Positions 55,089 to 64,000 of a stretch of DNA of 64,000 nt are shown here, piece by piece. The stretch lies in contig CP075497.1 in assembly GCA_021613535.1 (NCBI GenBank), positions 10,354,001 to 10,418,000 of the forward strand. Direction: 5' to 3'. The notes under the pieces are model-generated. The model saw nothing but the letters and a program-made list of their open reading frames with translations. It did no database searches and was not told the origin of the DNA. The DNA is from Adineta vaga (lineage: Eukaryota > Animalia > Rotifera). Position 1 is the stretch's first letter; each line of letters begins with the position of its first letter. Position numbers and translations under genes: made by a program.

Positions 55089-57805
55089 ATGGATCAACTT
55101 CTTGCACGATTAAAGCAACAGGTTATTATTCTTTGATTTAGCTAATATAACATTGTAGAAATATTGTTGATCTTGTTTTATTCTATAGGAGGATGAAGTG
55201 AAGGAATTGGAAGCACAATTATTTAGTCGATCAGAATTTAAAGATAATCACAAACTTGAAGAATTACGAGCAGAAAATGAGAAATTAAACTATCGAGCCA
55301 ATATTCTTGTTCGAGTAAATCATAATAAAAAAGACATATTGTTAATCTATTTACATAAAACATGATCTATTATTTCAGAGTATTGAAGAATTAAAAAAAC
55401 AACCTGTACAAATTAAGGCAACAGGAACAAATAAAGGAAAATCAAGCGAAACTAAATCACATGATCATAAGGAGAAAAAGTCTGAAACACAAAAGAAATC
55501 ATCAGAATCAAATCAATCCAATCCAAAGGCAAAAACTCCATCGGCATCAACAGCAGCACCAACAAATAAAACCTATTTTACTGCAGGTGCTCAAGGTGAC
55601 AATGAACATTCTTATCGAACATTGGATACATTAGTTGGTCTCTTCGAACAAGCTATTCGAAAAGCTTTTCCTGAAGATCAAACGTACCCAGTTCTTGTTG
55701 TACCTGGACGACAAACGGATTATCAATGTAATTCAGCTATGCCTATTGCTCAGAAATTATCTGCAACTGGAAAAAAGATAGCACCAACAGAAGTCGCTAA
55801 AATTATTGCTGATAATCTTCTTCAACATGATATGATTGAAAAAATTGAATATTCGGGACCTGGTTTCATTAATATAACAATTTCTCCTGCATTTGTTTCT
55901 GGACAAATTCGAAATATTCTCACGAAAGGTGTTTTACCACCTAATGTTCTAAGTCTCGTGGGTAATATGGGTACCAGTGGAAAAGATCAAAAACCGAAAG
56001 TTGTTATTGATTTTTCATCGCCAAATATTGCCAAAGAAATGCATGTTGGACATTTACGATCAACTATTATCGGTGATAGTCTTGCTCGTCTACTTGAATA
56101 TTCCGGTTTTGATGTTCTTCGATTGAATCATATCGGCGATTGGGGTACACAATTTGGTATGTTAATTGCTCATTTACAAGATATTTTTCCCGACTACAAA
56201 ACTAAATCACCACCAATTGGTGATCTACTTACGTTCTATAAAAAGTCAAAACTACGATTCGATAGTGATGAAGATTTTAAAAAACGAGCCTATGATTGTG
56301 TTGTTAAACTTCAAGCTTTCGATCCAGATATTATTCATGCTTGGAAAATGATTTGTGAAGTATCTCGACAAGGTAAGATATGGAAAATATGGAAAATAGA
56401 ATCTTTTCTTGTTTTATTATTGAAATTTATTTAGATTTTGAATATATTTACAAAGAACTTGATATTAAAATAAATGATCGAGGTGAATCGTTTTATCAAA
56501 GTCGAATGATTGAAGTGGTTAAAGAACTTGAATCGAAAAGTAAATGAATGAACTATTTAATTTTTGAAGATAAGAAAAAGAATTCTCATTTTTTATCTTG
56601 CAATAGATCTCTTGAAGTTAGAAGATGGTCGAAAAGTCATGTTTTTACCTGATATTGAAGTTCCAATGACAATTGTCAAGACTGATGGAAGTTATACATA
56701 TGATACAAGTGATATGGCAACAATTAAACAACGTTTAGATGAAGAAAAAGCTGATTGGATTATTTACGTGATTGATTCAGGACAAGTAAGAAATTGAACT
56801 GAAAAACTATGATCAGGTTCGATCTTATCATTAGGCACTTCATATGCAATCAATATTTGCTGGAGCTAAATTGGCTGGATGGGTTCAAGGTAAAAATACT
56901 CGAATTGATCATGTGGGATTTGGTGGTTCTCGGCGAAGATGGGTATGAATGTTTTATTAAGATTTATTGATGCATCATTCTCTATGGTTTATTTCTAGAA
57001 AAAAATTAAAAACACGATCTGGTGAAAGTATTCGTCTCCGAGATTTACTTAGTGAAGGTATTGAACGATCAATGTCTAAATTGAAAGAAAAAGGTCGAGA
57101 TCAAGTAAGAATATCTTTGGTTCTCTGTTTTCATATATACTCATACTATTCATGAATTTCTTAGGCATTAACACCTGAAGAACTTGAGAAAGCTCAAAAA
57201 TCAGTTGCTTATGGTTGTATTAAATATGCGGATTTATCTCATAATCGAAATTCGGATTATATATTTTCGTTTGATCGAGTAAGAATACATTCGATAAGCT
57301 CTGTCCATTTTCATTCAACTTAAATTTAGATGCTCGATGATCGAGGAAATACTGCCGCTTATTTACTCTATGCTTATACTCGAATTCGGTATGTAAAATC
57401 GTTTGAATTCATTTGACAAAAAACAAAACTTGATTTATTTATAATAGATCAATTGCTCGAACTGCTGGTGTCGATCACGCAACACTGAAAGCAATGACAC
57501 GAGATATTGAACTTAATTTTGAAGTTGAAGAACGTGAATTAAAATTAGCTAAGTGTATTATTAAATATCCGGATGTATTCACTCGTGTAATTGATGAATT
57601 ATTAATGCATGGTTTATGTGAATATATGTATCAATTAGCCACGGCATTTACTGACTTCTATGATCGATGTTATTGTGTCGAAAAAGATAAAACAACCGGT
57701 GAAGTTCGAATTAATTATCGACGAATCTTGCTTTGTGAAGCAACGGCTAATGTTTTGAAACAGTGTTTTGACATTTTAGGTATCCAACCGTTGGAACGAA
57801 TGTAA
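55089..57805 (+). CDS. RARS1: Cytoplasmic arginyl-tRNA synthetase; apparent 2-nt frameshift near 56925
   Basis: N-terminal leucine-zipper extension, [23 protein letters not shown] (HIGH motif), [44 protein letters not shown] and [14 protein letters not shown]. Confidence 0.95.
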
Positions 57806-58111
57806 TTCTCATGATCGATTTCTTTTATTTTTGTTTTACATGAGAATTTCATTGGTTTTTTTTCTTTATCAAAAGAAATAAAAGAAAACAAGAAAGATGT
57901 TATTAAAATGAATTTTTCTATCTGATTGCGAGTAGAAGAGTGATTGTTATTCAATTGTGATGTTCGTGATTACGTTAAGAGACAAATTGAGAAGGAGTCA
58001 TTAATCTTTATTGATGTAAATTTGAAAAGAGAGGAAAATCCTATTATAACTAATTACATGACAAAAAATGAAGTGGGAAAATGTCTGTTCGGAGAGAATA
58101 AAATTCATGAT

Positions 58112-58623
58112 TTAACGATTTTGACGTTTAAGTTCAGCAATTTCTTGGTCAATTCGTCGTTTTTCAGCTTCAAGTTCGGCAAGACGTGGATTAGCACCAC
58201 TGGCAGAACTTTGTCGACCTGGTTGTTTTTGACCAGTGCCTTGAGTAGTTTTCTGACGATATTTTTCAGCTTGTTCAGCTTCCTAAATGTAAATATTGAG
58301 ATAAAATGGAATGACCTTTCGAATTTCATATTTTTCTTACATAACGACGAGCCCATCGTGTTTCTTCAGCTTTTTCCTTTTTGCCAAAAGCGTCTTTACC
58401 ACCACTAGTATGAAAAAAAAGACGTGAAATATTTTCTTCATGAAACTGTCCGGTACATACCCGACAGATCCAGCTTCTGGATCAGTACTTGACAGACTAC
58501 AAAATATGAAACTAAAGCAAAAGGGATGAACTCTAATTATCTTTTTTACCGAGTAACAGTCAATGTCGAACGAATAGCACGTTGGGCAAGTGTTCGACTT
58601 GATGAAGTGAGTGCACGATACAT
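58112..58623 (-). CDS. ATP5IF1: Mitochondrial ATPase inhibitor IF1
   Basis: Presequence MYRALTSSSRTLAQRAIR, then DAFGKKEKAEETRWARR (IF1 AFGKREQAEEERY-like) and a C-terminal coiled coil LAELEAEKRRIDQEIAELK; 4 exons. Confidence 0.8.
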
Positions 58624-58842
58624 TGTTTCAAAAAATCTAAAATACACAATTATGAAAACAGTTCTGCCCAAAATAATCAAATAGCTGATGTAATGAAAAA
58701 TTATCCAATTTAACTACGAAAAACAAGAGATGAGATGATTTTTTCTACATACATAGTTAGTTAGTTTACTATAAGCAATACTATTAGTGTTATTTCGGCG
58801 AATCCATATATTATTTGTAACGTTAGAAAAAACATTCGCATT

Positions 58843-58858
58843 ATAGCGACATCTACAA
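58843..58858 (-). promoter_or_regulatory. CTCF-like motif (TTGTAGATGTCGCTAT) about 220 nt upstream of ATP5IF1
   Basis: Recurrent motif; same AGATGTCGCT core as upstream of TTC14. Confidence 0.45.
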
Positions 58859-60361
58859 CAACGTAAGTCTTGCCTTCAAACATCCATAAAAGTATAACGT
58901 TTTGGATTTTGGATGATATTGAATCATCTTTCTTATCATATTATTACCTTTGATTCCAATAGAAAATAATATCCTTCGAATAGACATACAGGACAAGATA
59001 TTACATAGATATTTGCGAAATCCATCAAACAATTTTATGGTGAAGTGTCAGATTGTTTTTTTTATTGATCTAGTCGAACTTATCTGGAGAAATTGTTTCA
59101 AACAATGCTAGTATGATTTAGAAACAAATAAAGAAGCACATGAATTTAGAATCCTCATATCTATGGTATTTGATGGTTGAAATATTTAGGCTCTATACTT
59201 TTTCCTGATTCCTTGCGAATTTCACACAATACTGGGTTAAATACATCTACGGGAACAAAACTTTTTATGCACTATAGATAAACCAATCATTGTGTTTAGA
59301 ATCTTTGATATTTATTTGAATTAGGAAAATCAAGCAACCTATGTCAATCATGATGATGATGAAATGGAATGAAAAAACACTCCATCTTAACCAATTATTA
59401 CATATGAGAAGAAAGAAGAATTAGTCGACTTGAATTTCTATTAAGAAAGTCTGTCTATTCTCAATCGCATCCGCACTAATACGATTTTTGAATCTATTCC
59501 TAGCTATAATATTAGTTCGCTCTTCATTATGGTTCCGTATTTTACTTAGGTGAATGTTTACTATCGAATTCCTTAGGTTCTTCCAATCGATTATAAGTTA
59601 CTTAGTTATGAAACAACGAACAGATTTATCAAAGTTTATCAGTTCTATAAGATGAGCCCTGCACATTTGATGACATAACGATTGGGAAACTTTTCAAGTA
59701 GTCCCATTTTTCAGCAAAGATCTTCATCATGTTTTTAAATGAGGAGCCAAGTTTATTGATCTTTCCTGTTCAAGTATTTATTTTCTTACATCTGGATCCG
59801 TTGAAGATCTCTTTTCCATAAATATTTGAGTAAATTGTGTTAGTTTTTGTTTTTTCTCAATACACTAATTTGAAAGACACAAATTGAGTCTGTAGGCAAT
59901 CATTTACATCAATTTAGACGCTGTCATCCAAATTTCTCACATGACATGAAAGAAAAAATATCTTAGAATTCTGGAAATGTTTGTAAAGACTTCTTTAGTT
60001 TTATAAAAAGTAATTCCCAAAATCGAATGAAGATATATTCCAATCAAAATTATAGGCAACTAAATCCTTTTATCAGGAATAAATATTATTGAAACTATTA
60101 TTGATATTGATAATTTTTTCATTTGGTAAAACTTTCAACTAGAGAAATTCAACAGATTTTTAATTACTTCATTGTAGTTGATTCATTTTCTACTAAAAAC
60201 TGTGAAAAGAATTCAGTAATAAGAAAAATTTAGCTCTAATTATTCCATCGAAAAAAGAATTGTTTCTTTTTACTAGAGAGAAACTCGTGTCTAAAAGTTA
60301 GAATATTTGATATTGCTGTTCAAATGATAAATAAGCGCCTAACAAGACTCATAGTAATATA

Positions 60362-62027
60362 ATGTCAAAATCAATTTATAAAAATCAATTAAAGTTTCTC
60401 TATAGATTAAATAAAGCATTATATCAAGATTCGGATGAATCAATTCGTCTTAATTTTGATATTCTTGGTCATCATTATGAAATTCCTCTATCAATTTTAA
60501 ACAATTATCCAAATACATTACTTGGTGAACCTAAACTTCGTGCAGTTTATTACAATTATACAAAAGATGAGTTTGTTATTGATCGTCAACCACAAGCATT
60601 CGAATCGATTCTTACATTTTACGTATCCGATGGTAAATCACTATCAAAGCCTAATGGAATGCCATCAGAAATATTTTATGAAGAATTGAAATTTTTTCGT
60701 ATTCATTCTTCTATACTAAGATCATTTTATGATCAAGAAATAGCACCACTAATTGAAATACAGATTATTCCAAGAAACAAATATAAACGCTATCTATGGT
60801 TGTTATTAAATTATTCAACACATGATCGGAAGAGTCAAGTGATACGAAGTATTGATTTTCTACTGAATTTAATTGCTTTATGGACTTATACAAAAGATTA
60901 TATTAATGATCAACATATGTCACAAATCATGTTTTGGATAGAAGAAACTAATGGACAAGTTCTGCGACCTATTTACAAGCTATTCCATTTACAGATATCA
61001 ACTGTACGTACATATATGTAATTAATCTTTCATTTCCTTTTCATTCAGATAGTCTGACCATAATAGAATATGAGATTGTTGGAAAAATCTACGCAGAAGC
61101 TTTATTTAATCTTAATTAATTGTAAATACGTCAGGAGTCAGTAACACGTCGAGATGAACTTTGAAAATTAATTTCCTTCCAAACCGGATTCACAGCTTGA
61201 GCGCAAGTCTTTTCTTATCACCGTGTCAATTTACTATAATGACAAACAAAAGAAAGTCATATTATTTACCAAATGACACGGACATTGCATTGAAAAGATC
61301 GTTAATATTGTCTTTAGATAATTATTGAAGGATTTTGTACATTCATATTCGTCATGCAATTATGCATACGTTTATACTTATCACCAACATTCGAGCAGAT
61401 CTATTCTGATACATGTTTTTGGTTAGAATTTGTCTCAATTGTACCAAATATTTTCATGTATATACTGCTCGGTATTCAACACTATCAAAAGACTGCATTT
61501 CATTCATGTTTGACATTCATTGCTATTCTACGATCATGTCGAATATTTCGATTTTCAAGACAAATAATTGGTTTAAAAGTATTTCTCTCTTCATTTACAT
61601 CTAGTGTCCGAGAATTATTTCATTTATTCATTATTCTAATTCCAATGATACTATTTTTCGGAGAACTAATTTATCTAATAGAAGAATGGACGAATGACTC
61701 ATCAATTCAATCAGTAACTGGTATTCATATGAAATCTAATGATAAAAAGAAATGAAATATCTTGTTGTTGTTGTTGTTTTTTTTCTTCTTTAAGATGCTT
61801 ACTGGTTAACTTCATTGACAATTACAAGTCTCGGCTATGGAGATGTTTATCCCACACAAATTTATTCTCGAATACTAATGTCTATATGTTCCATTATTGG
61901 TCTTGTTGTAATTGCATTACCAATACCTGAAATTTATCATCATTTTAATCGAGTATATCAAAAGGAAACGAAAAAACGACATATGATTCGATATATATAT
62001 TCTGATCAGAAAGCAAGAAGAATATGA
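60362..62027 (+). CDS. Divergent voltage-gated K+ channel subunit (Shaker superfamily, T1 domain)
   Basis: T1 domain (YPNTLLG, FVIDRQPQAFESIL, FYEELKFF), S4 ILRSCRIFRFSR, pore TITSLGYGDVYP and S6 IALPIPEI. Exons about 60362-61003, 61318-61720 and 61795-62027; start codon uncertain. Confidence 0.88.
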
Positions 62028-62279
62028 TTTTTGATCGAAGAGTTCGTTTTGGTATTATTTTCCTTTTATTTGATTCAATGAAAAATCTAAACTAAAATTT
62101 GTTTTATCAGTTGAAATTTGAGATGATTAAATTCTGTTATTCATTAGAAATGAAACGATTGATCATTATCAGTCATTCATTTGTTTTAATTCAAGGTTAA
62201 CAAGAAGAGAAAAGAAAACGAACTTGATAACCAAACTTGTATTTATTCATTTGATTTGATTTTGTTTTACATACAAACA

Positions 62280-63209
62280 ATGAAATCTCGACCTGTTACA
62301 ATTATTTCGACAAATGCAACGTCAACACCAACAAAACGAACATTATTTCGTATTGCATTAACAGTTGCTTTATCTGGTACAATTGCTGTTAGTACAATAT
62401 TAATTCTTCATGGTGGATTAGCACTTGGTCGACTTCGATATTTTGTTGATGTTGGCCAATATCCTCTTCATATAACAGCAGTATTCCTAATTATTCTTGG
62501 TCTTCTTTCATTAACTACGTTCATTATCTTAACTATTGGAATAGTGAAAGTGAACAAAACACTCACCGTTCTAGCTGCTGTTCTATTAGGAATTTGCTCA
62601 CTTTGTCTTATTGCATTCAGTGCTTGGTCATTTATAACAATTACCACTGGACACATACCAGTATCAGTTAATAATACAATCGTCAAAGAATTAGAGCAAA
62701 CTCAATTCAGTTATGGAATTGGAAATAATATTATTGTAGACAATACAAATACAATGGCAAGATTAGAGAAACAACATCGTTGTTGTGGACTCACAGATCC
62801 AACTGAAGAGTATCGAAGTCGACAACAAGCATCATTTGGTTCATTGAATCCTTCACCATCATCCGGTGGAAGTGGAAATAGTCGAAGTCGACCAATATCT
62901 ACACAACGAAACTCGGGAACATCAGGTCTTTCTATTGTACTACCAATCAGTTGTTGTAATCAAAAATATCTTTCAACTGATAATCTATGTGTTGATATGT
63001 TTGCAAATAATACTAATCCAATCAATCGCTATAATATAAATGGTTGCTATTCAACTGTTACTAATTATAAATTTGAACGTATTCAACGGCAAGGTTTTAC
63101 AACAATTGTTGCTGCATGTTTAGCAGTAATTAGTTGCGTTGCACTTGCAGCTGTAATTCGACTTTTAGGCGAAGGTTATCAAGTAATTCCATTACGTACT
63201 GCGACATGA
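62280..63209 (+). CDS. Tetraspanin-family protein (coding region intronless)
   Basis: Three N-terminal TM segments and one C-terminal, with a large loop containing CCG, PISCC and a terminal GC. First ATG at 62280 (the ORF track starts at an upstream TTG). Confidence 0.85.
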   Translation: MKSRPVTIISTNATSTPTKRTLFRIALTVALSGTIAVSTILILHGGLALGRLRYFVDVGQYPLHITAVFLIILGLLSLTTFIILTIGIVKVNKTLTVLAAVLLGICSLCLIAFSAWSFITITTGHIPVSVNNTIVKELEQTQFSYGIGNNIIVDNTNTMARLEKQHRCCGLTDPTEEYRSRQQASFGSLNPSPSSGGSGNSRSRPISTQRNSGTSGLSIVLPISCCNQKYLSTDNLCVDMFANNTNPINRYNINGCYSTVTNYKFERIQRQGFTTIVAACLAVISCVALAAVIRLLGEGYQVIPLRTAT

Positions 63210-64000
63210 ACATTAGTGTTTACTAATAAACTGAAGTTTCTCTTTCTCTCACTCTTCTTCTTCTTCTTCTTCTTCGCTGTTAAGATCGATGTGTTTAACA
63301 AATAAAACTCAACGTAGACTTTGTTTATTTGATATAACTGATAAACAAAACTTGTTTATTTATAAGAATGATCCAAAGAGATCAAAATCGTGTCTAATAT
63401 AAAAGCAATAAGCCATAAATGAAGCCTATTTTATTGTATATAACAAAAATCTTAATTAATTTTTCTACCCATCATAAATAATTGACTAAAGTTTGTCATG
63501 CTATTTACTCAATCTTTGTTTTACGTGACTAAAATTTCATTGATATCTATAGGCTTTTCATTTTACAATAAATCTACATATTTGATCTAATTCCCATCAA
63601 AGAAATTGTAGAGCTTTTTATGATCTTTGTTATTCCAACTAAGAAAGGATAGATTTCTAACTATCAATATTTATTTTGCGTTCTGCTATATTTCTTTCAC
63701 ATCAGATCGTTGTCTATCCATTGGTACACATAAATCATTTCCTTATTTCTTACAAAAGGTATATTCATAAATCTTTTCTTTTCATTCAAAGAATAACGAA
63801 CAAATATTGTTCTGTTAATTTTCTCTATAATAAGTCATTCGGGAAAACTAAGAGCAGAAAAATTCAATGAAGACAAATGATCAATTCAATCCTTTCGTTC
63901 TCTATACAAAGATCTACACATAATAGATTTCTAATAGAATATCTAATAATTAGAAATGTCAATAAAGCGAGAGAGAGAGAGAAAAAGAAGATTGGATTTT

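Noticed and set aside
57944-58408. ORFs 57944..58408 (+) and 58105..58356 (-)
   Set aside because: They are antisense and off-frame shadows of the ATP5IF1 exons.
58870-60300. Intergenic stretch with short coding-like minus-strand pieces (e.g. FKNMMKIFAEKWDYLKSF)
   Set aside because: I found no recognisable family, terminal repeats or consistent splicing. It may be a decayed gene or transposon but I cannot support that.

Overview
AT-rich, gene-dense animal genomic DNA with many short (about 50-65 nt) GT-AG introns. The base composition, intron size, intron-bearing bacterial-type genes and the type of 7TM remnant suggest a bdelloid rotifer (Adineta/Rotaria-like); this is inference, not an identification. 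I reconstructed 21 protein-coding genes by hand: two calmodulin-like EF-hand genes, a large ADAMTS with about 19 TSR repeats, SSRP1, an SCP-like EF-hand protein, two tandem bacterial-type CorA Mg2+ channels, MRPL9, an ADAR, two tandem M1 aminopeptidases (one lacking catalytic motifs), a GPI-type Cys-rich orphan, IDE, PSMB1, MCMBP, WDR5, TTC14, RARS1, ATP5IF1, a divergent Kv channel and a tetraspanin. There is also a decayed GPCR and a candidate nested ORF. The most notable observations are: (1) operon-like runs (IDE-PSMB1-MCMBP-WDR5 and ADAR-MRPL9) with 137-207 nt spacers and splice acceptors just before the downstream ATGs, while a CTCF/YY1-like motif appears only before the first gene of each run, consistent with polycistronic transcription resolved by SL trans-splicing; (2) intron-bearing, duplicated bacterial-type corA genes with eukaryote-style kinase motifs and apparent gene conversion; (3) a small membrane-protein ORF nested antisense in an ADAR intron; (4) an SSRP1 without an HMG box; (5) a dead/active aminopeptidase pair. 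Three apparent 1-2 nt frameshifts may be assembly errors. Exon boundaries were read by eye and may be off by a few bases.
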